Origin: Myxococcota bacterium
Lineage (GTDB): Bacteria; Myxococcota_A; SURF-8; G963663525
Reading direction: 5' to 3'
Assembly: GCA_963676915.2 (NCBI GenBank)
Contig: CAXXVK010000043.1
Location: forward strand, 32,001-96,000
Length of the DNA: 64,000 nucleotides
Each line of letters opens with the position of its first letter. Position 1 is the first letter of the stretch. The notes below the pieces were generated by a model. It saw only the letters and a program-made list of their open reading frames with translations. It searched no databases and was not told where the DNA came from. The position numbers and the translations under genes are program-made. This document shows positions 1 through 9,322 of this stretch, piece by piece.

Positions 1-1
1 T

Positions 2-271
2 TCATTTTTGTTTCGAAGTGCGGCAGAGGTTTTTGGATCGGGTGCGATCGGTATTCTGCTGACCGGCATGGGAAAGGATGGCGCCAACGAACTGAAAATG
101 ATGAAAGATCGCGGAGCCATCACGATCGCTCAGGACGCAGATAGTTCAGTGGTTCATGGCATGCCTGGCGAGGCGATAAAAATCGGAGCTGCCAAGCACA
201 TTCTTTCACCGGAAGGTATTTCAACTCTGGTGACGAACCTTTTGGCGAATGGGACGGGAGAATTCAAATGA
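2..271 (+). CDS. cheB: CheB/WspF-type chemotaxis methylesterase, C-terminal part (truncated by window start)
   Basis: Motifs [11 protein letters not shown] and [13 protein letters not shown] typical of the CheB methylesterase domain; stop overlaps next ATG (ATGA). Confidence 0.9.
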   Translation, partial: SFLFRSAAEVFGSGAIGILLTGMGKDGANELKMMKDRGAITIAQDADSSVVHGMPGEAIKIGAAKHILSPEGISTLVTNLLANGTGEFK

Positions 272-3200
272 CTGATAAACCTACTCCATCAGACCCAAAC
301 GAGTCGGCAAAAATTCTCATCGTTGAAGATAGCCCCACTCAGCAGGAGCAGCTCCATTTCATTTTAGAAGATTCAGGCTACGACGTTGTCACAGCCAACA
401 ATGGAAAAGAGGGATTGCAAGCTGCTCAATCCCAGGAATTCGACTTGGTGATTTCAGACATAATAATGCCGGAGATGGATGGCTATGAATTATGTAAAGC
501 GATTCGTAGAGACAGCAAACTCAAAACATTGCCGGTCGTACTTCTAACATCGCTTACCGAACCGAAGGAAGTGATCCGAGCCCTTGAATCGGGAGCGACG
601 AATTTCATCCGCAAGCCTTACGAAGCGGTGCCGCTCGTCGAGCGTATCCGGAATGTCATTGCCACCGCGAAATTGCGCAGGGAGACTGGAAGCGAAATAG
701 GTTTGACGATCAGCTTCAATAACAAAAAATACCGTTTCAATCAGGATCGGCTTCAGATCTTGGACATGCTGTTGGCGACCTATGAGGATGCCATCTACCA
801 AGTACAACCTAGTGAAGGAGCCACATCCACATCCATTGAAGGAACCATTCTCGTTGTTGAAGACAGCATAACCCAGATGGAAAATATCTGTTTCATATTA
901 AAAGAGTTGGGTTGTAAGGTTTTTACGGCAACCAACGGTCTGGAAGCACTCCGTACTCTTGAGTCGACGCCAGTCGACTTGGTGATTTCGGACATAATAA
1001 TGCCGGAAATGGATGGCTATGAGCTTTGCAAGACCATTCGGGCAGACAATCGATTCGGTGGGGTTCCCATTATTCTCCTGACGTCTCGCACAAAGCCGGA
1101 AGATCTGATTGCTGGCTTAGAGGCCGGGGCTTCGAACTTCATTTGCAAGCCGTTTCAAAACAGCTATCTCGAAGCAAGAGTACGAAACCTTCTTTCCAAT
1201 AAGAGCATTTACGTAGACAATCAAAACACATCCAAAATAGACGTTGTCTTCGCCGGACAGCAATTCGCCATCACGGCAGATCGCAACCAGATACTTGATT
1301 TGCTCGTTTCCAGTTACGACAGCGCGGTCCAGCATAGCCAGGAACTTGCGCTTGCACGCGATGAATTAAGTAGTATCAATGAAGAGTTGGAAGAGCGTGT
1401 GGCTGAACGAACGGAAGAACTTACCGATGAGATCGAGGAGCGAAAAAAAGCGGAATTGGCATTGCAGGAACAGAGGGATTTCGCGGAAAGTCTTCTCGAA
1501 ACCGCTCAGGCCATCATTCTTGTCTTGGATAACAAAGGGCGTATCGTAAGGTTCAATCCATACCTTGAAGAATTGACCGGTTACACCTTGGAGGAGGTTA
1601 TTGGCAAGGACTGGATTGAGACTTTCATACCAGAACGAGAGCACGAAACAGTGCGAGCACTTTTAACAAGAGCCATTGACAATCAACCGACCAGGGGAAA
1701 TGTAAACCTCATCACCACAAAAGACGGAAACGAAATTTATGTGGAGTGGTATGATAAAACTCTAAAAGAGAAAGATGATAATGTCGTTGGATTGCTAGCC
1801 ATAGGTCAGAATGTCAGTGATCGAAAACTTTCGGAAGAGATTGCACGAATACGTCTTGAATTGCTGGAATATTCCGTCTCACATTCCTTAGATACCCTTC
1901 TCCAAAAAACATTGGATGAAATTTGCGATCTGGTGAAAAGCCCGATAGGTTTCTATCACTTTATTAGTGATGATCAAAAGACAATAGTGCAGCAGCAATG
2001 GTCGACACGGACCGTCAACGAATTCTGCAACGTGCGGGAAAAGAATCTGCATTACAGGCTTGAAGACGCAGGAGTGTGGGCCGACTGTATACGCCAGAAA
2101 AAAGCAGTTATCCACAACGATTACGATTCTCTAGACTATAAAAACGGGTTGCCGAATGGCCATACTCATGTCAATCGTGAGTTGGTATACCCAATTATTC
2201 GAAAAAACAAAGTTGTTGCGATTATTGGCGTGGGTAACAAGCCGGATGACTACGAAGAAAAAGACGTAAAAATTGTAGCGAATCTTGCGGATATTACATG
2301 GGAAATTATCAACAGAAAACGAACCGATGAGCAAACGAAAAGATTGGAAGAACAATTACAACAATCTCAGAAGATGGAATCCATCGGTCGCCTGGCAGGT
2401 GGGGTGGCCCATGATTTCAATAACCTGATAACAGCCATCCAAGGGTTTTCCGAACTTGTCAAAGATTCTCTCAATGAAAAAGATCCGATTAGACAGGATG
2501 TCGAAGAGATTCAGAAAGCCGCAGATTCAGCTGCCTTATTGACCAATCAGCTTCTTGCTTTTTCGCGCAAGCAGGTAGTCTCTCCCCAAGCTATCAATTT
2601 GAACAATTCCATCTCGTTTTCGGAAAAGATGCTTGAGCGAATTATTGGTGAAGATATTGATCTCGTTTTCTTGCCGGAAAAAAACATTGAACCCGTGCTC
2701 ATGGATCCGGGACAAGTGAATCAGATTCTTGTAAACCTTGCCGTAAACTCAAGGGACGCTATGCTTTCTGGGGGCAAGCTGACAATAGAAACCAAAAACG
2801 TTGTTCTCGATATGAAACGCTGTCAGACCTGTAATGGTCAAATCTCCGGAGATTATGTCATGCTGGCAATCAGTGATGATGGATCGGGAATGACGAATGA
2901 AACAATAACAAAGATTTTCGAACCCTTTTTCACTACAAAAGAAAAAGGAAAAGGCACTGGACTCGGACTTTCAACGGTGCATGGTATCATGCATCAGAAT
3001 AAAGGTCATATCAATATTTATTCAGAACCAGGCCATGGAACGACATTCAAGATGTATTTTCCGGCAATCGCTCAGAGACCCGTTGATGTAAGAGAAACAA
3101 ACGATCCACAAAACCTTGAAGGTCTGGAAACAATACTTGTTGTTGAGGATCAGGAAATTGTCAGAAAACTCGTTGTGAGATCTTTAAGGCAATATGGATA

Positions 3201-3885
3201 TAAAATTATCGAAGCAAAGAATGGAGGGGAGGCTCTAAATAAACTAGACGATGCGAAAATACAGATCGACCTCCTTTTAACAGATGTCGTTATGCCTGTT
3301 ATGGGAGGAAAAGAACTATATGACAAGATGTTGACGTTTAATCCAAATTTGAAAGCAGTTTTCATGTCTGGGTATACTGAAAATGCAATCGCGCATCACG
3401 GTGTATTGGATAAGGGTGTGAATTTCATTCAGAAACCGTTCATCCAGAAAAAATTGGTGCAAAAAGTAAGGCAAGTGTTGGATCAAAGTAGGAAAAGTAT
3501 ACAGGAAGATGAAATGAAAGGAGTATTGGTTATCGATGATGACGAACAAATTGTAGAACTTTATAAAATATATGCGCGAAAACACAAGTTCAAGTTATTT
3601 ACTGCACTGAACGGCAAAAAGGGATTGGATATTTTTGCCAGACATGAAAAAGAAGTTGGTCTTGTACTTTGTGATCTTAACTTGAATAACACAAATGGAG
3701 AGGCTCTGGTTGAAAAAATGATTCAGTTCAACGAGGACTGTCATTTTTTAATTGTCTCCGGAGCTGTTCCTGCAGGTCTTGGTGAGAAATACGCAGCTAA
3801 CAAGCGAATTTCGATTCTCCAAAAAGCGACTAGAGATCTGGAAAAATGGTTTATGGATACGATTCGAGAGTACTATCGGAAATAG
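268..3885 (+). CDS. Hybrid sensor histidine kinase: REC-REC-coiled coil-PAS-GAF-HisKA-HATPase-REC-REC (1205 aa)
   Basis: [16 protein letters not shown] receivers twice, PAS ([10 protein letters not shown]), GAF (AGVWADC), H-box [10 protein letters not shown]-boxes [15 protein letters not shown], two C-terminal receivers. Confidence 0.93.
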   Translation: MTDKPTPSDPNESAKILIVEDSPTQQEQLHFILEDSGYDVVTANNGKEGLQAAQSQEFDLVISDIIMPEMDGYELCKAIRRDSKLKTLPVVLLTSLTEPKEVIRALESGATNFIRKPYEAVPLVERIRNVIATAKLRRETGSEIGLTISFNNKKYRFNQDRLQILDMLLATYEDAIYQVQPSEGATSTSIEGTILVVEDSITQMENICFILKELGCKVFTATNGLEALRTLESTPVDLVISDIIMPEMDGYELCKTIRADNRFGGVPIILLTSRTKPEDLIAGLEAGASNFICKPFQNSYLEARVRNLLSNKSIYVDNQNTSKIDVVFAGQQFAITADRNQILDLLVSSYDSAVQHSQELALARDELSSINEELEERVAERTEELTDEIEERKKAELALQEQRDFAESLLETAQAIILVLDNKGRIVRFNPYLEELTGYTLEEVIGKDWIETFIPEREHETVRALLTRAIDNQPTRGNVNLITTKDGNEIYVEWYDKTLKEKDDNVVGLLAIGQNVSDRKLSEEIARIRLELLEYSVSHSLDTLLQKTLDEICDLVKSPIGFYHFISDDQKTIVQQQWSTRTVNEFCNVREKNLHYRLEDAGVWADCIRQKKAVIHNDYDSLDYKNGLPNGHTHVNRELVYPIIRKNKVVAIIGVGNKPDDYEEKDVKIVANLADITWEIINRKRTDEQTKRLEEQLQQSQKMESIGRLAGGVAHDFNNLITAIQGFSELVKDSLNEKDPIRQDVEEIQKAADSAALLTNQLLAFSRKQVVSPQAINLNNSISFSEKMLERIIGEDIDLVFLPEKNIEPVLMDPGQVNQILVNLAVNSRDAMLSGGKLTIETKNVVLDMKRCQTCNGQISGDYVMLAISDDGSGMTNETITKIFEPFFTTKEKGKGTGLGLSTVHGIMHQNKGHINIYSEPGHGTTFKMYFPAIAQRPVDVRETNDPQNLEGLETILVVEDQEIVRKLVVRSLRQYGYKIIEAKNGGEALNKLDDAKIQIDLLLTDVVMPVMGGKELYDKMLTFNPNLKAVFMSGYTENAIAHHGVLDKGVNFIQKPFIQKKLVQKVRQVLDQSRKSIQEDEMKGVLVIDDDEQIVELYKIYARKHKFKLFTALNGKKGLDIFARHEKEVGLVLCDLNLNNTNGEALVEKMIQFNEDCHFLIVSGAVPAGLGEKYAANKRISILQKATRDLEKWFMDTIREYYRK

Positions 3886-4077
3886 TGTGGTTCGTTCATG
3901 TCGGTGTCGTCATTGGACGCGGGGTCCAACCATTCAATACATGCTGTTATTTCTTTCTATATTGTAAGACTGGAGCGAATGATAGTTTGCTATTTTAGGC
4001 AGTCAATCGAAACGGATTTTTATGCTCGTCAGTTTCTTTCTGGCGCTACAGGTATTCGATTGGATAGATTGTTCTTG

Positions 4078-6819
4078 TCAAGCAATGATAGTTTTTCCAC
4101 GCAATGATGAATACGGTGATATCTTCTTCCAAAATCGGATCGCTAGAAACGTTCCTACCAAGAAAACAAAAACGACACCGTTAGAAGTTCCGTTGTTACA
4201 GCCGCTTTTACTTTTTTTCGTCTCGCTGTCTTCATCTCCATCTATTGCAACGGTATCGGAGCAATTGTACGGTGTGTCCACCGTTGTTTCGGGAAGTACG
4301 CACAGATGGCGGTCGAACAATTCCGGACGAGTTGCCGCCATGGCTGTGAGATAGGTCAGGCTGGCCGCCCACAAATGCGGATTGGCTACCCGCTGCTCGT
4401 ATATCCCGTCACGGAACAGGAAAACCTCTCCGTAATGAAGAGTACCGGAAGTGGGAAGATCGTGTACGAGGTGGTCGAGCGCTTCCTCAACTTGCGCGAA
4501 GCTATCGGTTCCAGCCAGTACCAATGCGGCAGCAAGAGTAACCTTGTTCAGGTAGGAACCACCATCGGTTTCACCACGCAGAACCTTCAGCACGTCATCC
4601 AGATTGGTTTCCATCTGAAGACGTGTTTTGGAGTCGGTGAAATCCAACAGTCTTCCAGGCCAGATCGCCGTGCTGGACGCCGCGTGCAGATTGCTGCCGG
4701 GATGGCCGGAAATATTCCTGCGTTCAAGCAGAAAACCGGTTTCCTCGTCGATCAAATAAGTCTGAATAGCCTGACGTAATTCGTTCGCACGGTTCTCGTA
4801 GGTGCTTGCGTAATCGTCATGTCCTAGCTGGCGGGCGATTTTCGCGGCACCGTTGAGAGCGGAGAATATCGGGCCCGCACCGAAAAGCGTCGCGGTATAG
4901 GCTGGGTTGTCGTTTTCGTTGGCGGGTGCTGGCAATCCGGTTTCGGCATCACGCCAGCGTGTCAGAAGATCCGCCGCCGCACGTACCGTCGGCCAGATGT
5001 CGTTTAAATACTGCTCTCTTGCGGATTCGTCCTCGATATAACCGGCGTGATAGGCGTAATTCCATACGAGAAACGCGGTGTTGTCGATTTCGAATCGTAT
5101 GAATCCTCCGGTCATTCCGTCCGCGTAGTAGTTCATCTCCCAGGCACCGGCAGGGTATAGTAAGGTCGAGGGATTATTGGGGTCGGATGGAGGGGCTGGA
5201 TCGATGATGGGTTCGGCAGCCGATGCTTCTTTTCGCTGCCACTGAGCATACTTCATCAGTCGTTGCGTGACGAGATCGTGCAACCCGGCGGCGTCCAGAG
5301 CCGCGTTGAAAAACGCTCCATCGCGAGGCCAGTCCTCTCCATATGCCGGTTGGCGACTCAACGACGCCACGATCGCTCCGCTGTCCCGATCCGTACCGAC
5401 AAGAAGATTTACCAGCGTTCGTTTGCAAAAAGCCAGGAGTTCGGCATCGTCGGAATCCGGCAATCGTAAAGGCTCTATGTGGGCTTTCCAGAGCGCAAGC
5501 GTATGCTCAAGATGTTTGTCGAAGCTCTGGCTTCGCGCCTCATCCAAGCTTTCATAAGCTTCCTGCGCTTTCGTGCCGAACGCGAAATAAAACGTTGCCG
5601 AGAATTTTCCATCCGTTTCATTCAACGGAAGATCCATGGCTGTATTGACCTGACCTGCGGCAATGCGGGAGCCGCTGAGACCATCCGTAGCATCCGTGTA
5701 GGCATCTTCGGCAGAATAGATCCATCCCTCGCGTTCGAGAATGGAGTCCAGGGCGGGTTTCGTGCAGCGCAGCATGTCCAGGGCGCTTAAATCCATCGGA
5801 TCGGCTTCCGGAAAGCGCTCTGGAATCAGTAGGATATTGTCTCCTAGTTCGTCAATATTTGCACAAAAATCCGTCGTATCGAAACCGACCTGTACCTTTC
5901 GGTTGGCCAGAGTTTTCGCCGCCCCCATGGCCACATACACCCCCTCCGAATAACGAGAATCTGGGTCAGAGGCGATATCCGCGACAACCGAGGAATCGAT
6001 CGCTTCCGATTTCAGCAACTCACCGATCGGACCGTAATCATTTGCCGGCGGAGAAAAAAGGTCGATCAGACTTTCCACCAATCCCGTATCTCCCGGCTTG
6101 AAATGCAGGATAGCATCCCGCTCGGCATTGTAGATGGCGGCGAAATCATGGTGGGGCTCCAAAGCCCAATCCACGATAGGAAGTTTGGGTACACGCGAAA
6201 GCGTGGGAGATAGATTCGCGTAGGCTACCAAAGCCACCGGTTCGATGGTCGCTCCCTCGTCCAGAGCGATGGATACGTTTCGGACGAGTACATCAGTTTC
6301 CGGCAGCACAAAGTCAATCAATGTTGCCGTAATTCCAAGGGTTTCGTTACGTAGTACGGTAACCGGTACCGGGGCATCCTCGGCAGCATAGCCTAGCTCA
6401 GAAGTCCAGCCCTCCCCACGCAACCAGGTGAAATTTTCCGTCCCTCCCGAACGAGTTCGAAGACCGAAAAACGCCCCCATCGACTCTTTCGCCCCGAAAT
6501 GCGATTGTTTTCGGGCGTCTGGGTGGTTCGAACTGATGTAGGCGAGTTGATCCGTATAACTAGGCGAGGGGTAGGTTAGAACCGTCAATTCTCCCTGCGA
6601 GGAAAGACCTACGGACAACCCTCCGTTCCCTGTAATGGCATGAACGTTTGTCGCCCCCATTAAATGCTCGTTGATATCCAGACTGCTCCAGTCTTCTTGG
6701 GCATGGGCCGAAGGAATTGCGACCCAAAAAAGAAGTGGCACAATCCAACCCCAAACCGGTGAAAAACTAGATGAAAAAGGTCTTTGTCGGTTTCCAAACC
6801 ACTGCATGGAAGCTCCCAT
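4078..6819 (-). CDS. Secreted GH15-like (alpha/alpha)6 glycoside hydrolase with C-terminal MYXO-CTERM-like anchor
   Basis: Signal peptide ending SAHA; GH15-like motifs YGEDWPRDGAF, FEIDNTA, PANEND, HYGEVF, NPHLWAAS; tail SKSGC + hydrophobic stretch + RFWKK. Start could be 6807. Confidence 0.72.
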   Translation of the reverse strand: MGASMQWFGNRQRPFSSSFSPVWGWIVPLLFWVAIPSAHAQEDWSSLDINEHLMGATNVHAITGNGGLSVGLSSQGELTVLTYPSPSYTDQLAYISSNHPDARKQSHFGAKESMGAFFGLRTRSGGTENFTWLRGEGWTSELGYAAEDAPVPVTVLRNETLGITATLIDFVLPETDVLVRNVSIALDEGATIEPVALVAYANLSPTLSRVPKLPIVDWALEPHHDFAAIYNAERDAILHFKPGDTGLVESLIDLFSPPANDYGPIGELLKSEAIDSSVVADIASDPDSRYSEGVYVAMGAAKTLANRKVQVGFDTTDFCANIDELGDNILLIPERFPEADPMDLSALDMLRCTKPALDSILEREGWIYSAEDAYTDATDGLSGSRIAAGQVNTAMDLPLNETDGKFSATFYFAFGTKAQEAYESLDEARSQSFDKHLEHTLALWKAHIEPLRLPDSDDAELLAFCKRTLVNLLVGTDRDSGAIVASLSRQPAYGEDWPRDGAFFNAALDAAGLHDLVTQRLMKYAQWQRKEASAAEPIIDPAPPSDPNNPSTLLYPAGAWEMNYYADGMTGGFIRFEIDNTAFLVWNYAYHAGYIEDESAREQYLNDIWPTVRAAADLLTRWRDAETGLPAPANENDNPAYTATLFGAGPIFSALNGAAKIARQLGHDDYASTYENRANELRQAIQTYLIDEETGFLLERRNISGHPGSNLHAASSTAIWPGRLLDFTDSKTRLQMETNLDDVLKVLRGETDGGSYLNKVTLAAALVLAGTDSFAQVEEALDHLVHDLPTSGTLHYGEVFLFRDGIYEQRVANPHLWAASLTYLTAMAATRPELFDRHLCVLPETTVDTPYNCSDTVAIDGDEDSETKKSKSGCNNGTSNGVVFVFLVGTFLAIRFWKKISPYSSLRGKTIIA

Positions 6820-6966
6820 TCATACAAGGTTGTTCATCATTGCATCGAAAAGTGTAATAAAGTCGTTTTTTGAACGCAAGAAACCACAGCATCCGCAGTA
6901 AATCTGCAGTCGATAACCATCCAACCCGAATCATTCATGTTTTCGAGAATCATGGTTGTGATGCAC

Positions 6967-7146
6967 TAACCCGGATGATTCATGAAGAATCTACTACGAC
7001 TTGAAAATTCTCGATCTTTCAATCGTTTCCCGATTTTCATCCTCGACAGACTGTTCAGTATGCCTGCGGGTGAAAATCGTTCCAACTTCATGAAATATCA
7101 TCGTTTTTCTACGTCTCGCTACGATCCTCATGAATAATCCGGGCTA
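6967..7146. mobile_element. MITE/REP-like non-autonomous hairpin element (180 bp)
   Basis: Left end TAACCCGGATGATTCATGA versus reverse complement of right end TAGCCCGGATTATTCATGA (17/19); inner arms CGATTTTCATCC / GGGTGAAAATCG also pair; TA at both termini. Confidence 0.65.
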
Positions 7147-9321
7147 AAACTGATCCATGAAAAAGCGCAGAAAGAGGTTCAGTGTAGTTGCATCGGTTTT
7201 CGCCATACCTTCGGGAAGGTCGTGATCGCTTGGGGTGTATCCCGACGGAGCGATTTTTGACAAATTCACCCACAAAAGATTGTTCAAAGATCCGCTACGC
7301 CAGGCATAGTAGGCCGAGGGTGACGCGAAACCGTCTTCGTAAACCGGTGAAAATGCATCAGATAACACCGCTTCGCCGTCATCCGGTAGAGATTGCAATA
7401 TTTCGGAGCTTTCAGAGAACATTTCCCTATCACGTGAGGTGTCCTTGAGGCAGGAAAGCCCTTCGCTCCATTTGCGGTCTGTTCCGTCTTCCTCGTATCT
7501 TGCAGTTATCTCAAAGGATTCGCCGTCTACACCGTCTTCCAGATACGTCACGACAAGGATTTCCGAGCCTGCAAGCGAGAGTACACCGTCCTCCGATACG
7601 GCGTCGGTCGTTGTGGAAGCTTCCTTGTCGTAATCGAGTGGAATCGACGCCGTAAAGCGTCCTGTCCCTTCTGGGATTTCGTTCGTCGTAAAGGTTTCGT
7701 GGTCCACCTCGTCGAAGCTGTCTTCTCCTGTGGATTTCAGACTAACGGCGATGATTTCGCGAGTGGTTTCTGTGGTGAAGGGATCGTCCAATACAAGGTC
7801 CACGGAAGGAGCTTCTTTTCCTGCTGCGTCGTCCAGTGTGGCGTCAGTAAAACCCAGGCGTGCACATTCATAAGCTGCCAGGAAACGAGGATCGGTATAG
7901 AGCGTCCCCGGTGTTTGGTTGGGTAGCACCTGTAGTAACCCTACGGGACGTTGCAGGAACGCACCGAGATCCAATTCCAGCAGGGACGGAGAAAACAGTG
8001 CCAGTTCAAGTGCTGAAACGAGCAACACCGGCATGTCTTCGGGGCCGTTGAATGTGCCGTCGTCAATCAGTGCAATCAACTCCGGATCGATATCCAAACC
8101 AAGTTCGTCGAGCAGCCCCTGAATGGTGATGGTCTGCCGTAAAAGATCGGCCAGGATAGCCAGCATTCCCAGTACATCGTGTTCCAGGCGCAACCGCCGG
8201 CCTGTTTCACCTTCGAGATTGGCAAGAATCTGGTCAGCCGAGTGCATCGGTCCGTATTTTTCTCCCTGCCAGAGCATTTCGAAGGTCTTGACGCTACCTC
8301 CATCTTCTTTGAAAAATGCTCCATTCAGGTACATAGACCGCACTACGTTTTCACCATCCACGTCTTCAGACTCTCCCAAAGTCAGTACATCGTCGCTTTG
8401 GTCGTCGATTTCCGCCGCAACAAGTTCCCCGGCTTTTTTTATGTCCTCTGCCGCCGTTCTCAACGCATCGAAAGCGGCCTGAAAACTTTCGGAACCACCC
8501 TCATCCAGAGAAAGGAAGGAGGGGTAACGCTCAAGTACACGGGCAATCAGTATGGGGATGTTCTCCAGACTGAGATTGTCCATCAGGTCGGGATAGATCT
8601 CTACGAGTCGGGCATCTGTAAGGTTCTGGCTGTCGAGTATGGCGACGAGGGCGTACAGACTCTGAGTCAGGGCATCGACCATGTAGACATCGGCAAGATC
8701 CCATTCACGACCCAACTCGAAGAGGTCCACTCGATGAAACGAGACCGGAAAGCGATTTAGCGTAAAGGTCACATCCGGCATTTGCTTGAGTTTTGCCAGG
8801 CGGGCGAGCTGCTCTTCCTGGAGCGCTCGGAGGTCATCGATCACCAACGTTCCAAGCAGATCGGCAAGAGGGTAGGGGACGTTCGAGTCCGGATTGTCTT
8901 CGGCTTGAAGAATTTTCAGCGACACTTTGTAAAGATGCTTTTTTACATAGCTTTTTTGGGGAATCACGGGATCGGCATACTGTGTTGGATCTTCGTCGAA
9001 AATCAGTCCGAGGATCAAGTTGAGCAGCGCTACCCAGTGCTGCATATCGGCGAGGACCAACCCGTAGGTGGCTTGTGGATCGTCGGGGAGACGTTCGATG
9101 CGTTTGTTGAAAAATTCCTCGGCTGCTGCATAGCTGAAGTTTTCCAATGATTCTTTGCCTTTTTCCAGCAATTCGTCGTCGGTGTACGTGTCCAGGGGAT
9201 CACCCATAGGTTCGTAGTCGTCGGAAGCGTTCCCGGAATCCGACGAGCAGCCGATACCCAATGTTACCAAAGCGAAAACCAGCAGAAAACCCGTAAAATC
9301 AAAGAGGTTGTTGCGTTTCAT
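7144..9321 (-). CDS. Lipoprotein of unknown function with N-terminal TPR-like helix pair (725 aa)
   Basis: Lipobox LGIG-C; segment GKESLENFSYAAAEEFF...DPQATYG resembles a TPR; acidic; RBS-like CAGGAGG upstream, 1 nt from the previous gene's stop. Confidence 0.7.
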   Translation of the reverse strand: MKRNNLFDFTGFLLVFALVTLGIGCSSDSGNASDDYEPMGDPLDTYTDDELLEKGKESLENFSYAAAEEFFNKRIERLPDDPQATYGLVLADMQHWVALLNLILGLIFDEDPTQYADPVIPQKSYVKKHLYKVSLKILQAEDNPDSNVPYPLADLLGTLVIDDLRALQEEQLARLAKLKQMPDVTFTLNRFPVSFHRVDLFELGREWDLADVYMVDALTQSLYALVAILDSQNLTDARLVEIYPDLMDNLSLENIPILIARVLERYPSFLSLDEGGSESFQAAFDALRTAAEDIKKAGELVAAEIDDQSDDVLTLGESEDVDGENVVRSMYLNGAFFKEDGGSVKTFEMLWQGEKYGPMHSADQILANLEGETGRRLRLEHDVLGMLAILADLLRQTITIQGLLDELGLDIDPELIALIDDGTFNGPEDMPVLLVSALELALFSPSLLELDLGAFLQRPVGLLQVLPNQTPGTLYTDPRFLAAYECARLGFTDATLDDAAGKEAPSVDLVLDDPFTTETTREIIAVSLKSTGEDSFDEVDHETFTTNEIPEGTGRFTASIPLDYDKEASTTTDAVSEDGVLSLAGSEILVVTYLEDGVDGESFEITARYEEDGTDRKWSEGLSCLKDTSRDREMFSESSEILQSLPDDGEAVLSDAFSPVYEDGFASPSAYYAWRSGSLNNLLWVNLSKIAPSGYTPSDHDLPEGMAKTDATTLNLFLRFFMDQF

Positions 9322-9322
9322 G

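Noticed and set aside
3886-4077. Short ORFs between the kinase and the GH15 gene
   Set aside because: No RBS or recognisable content; they overlap the ends of convergent genes.
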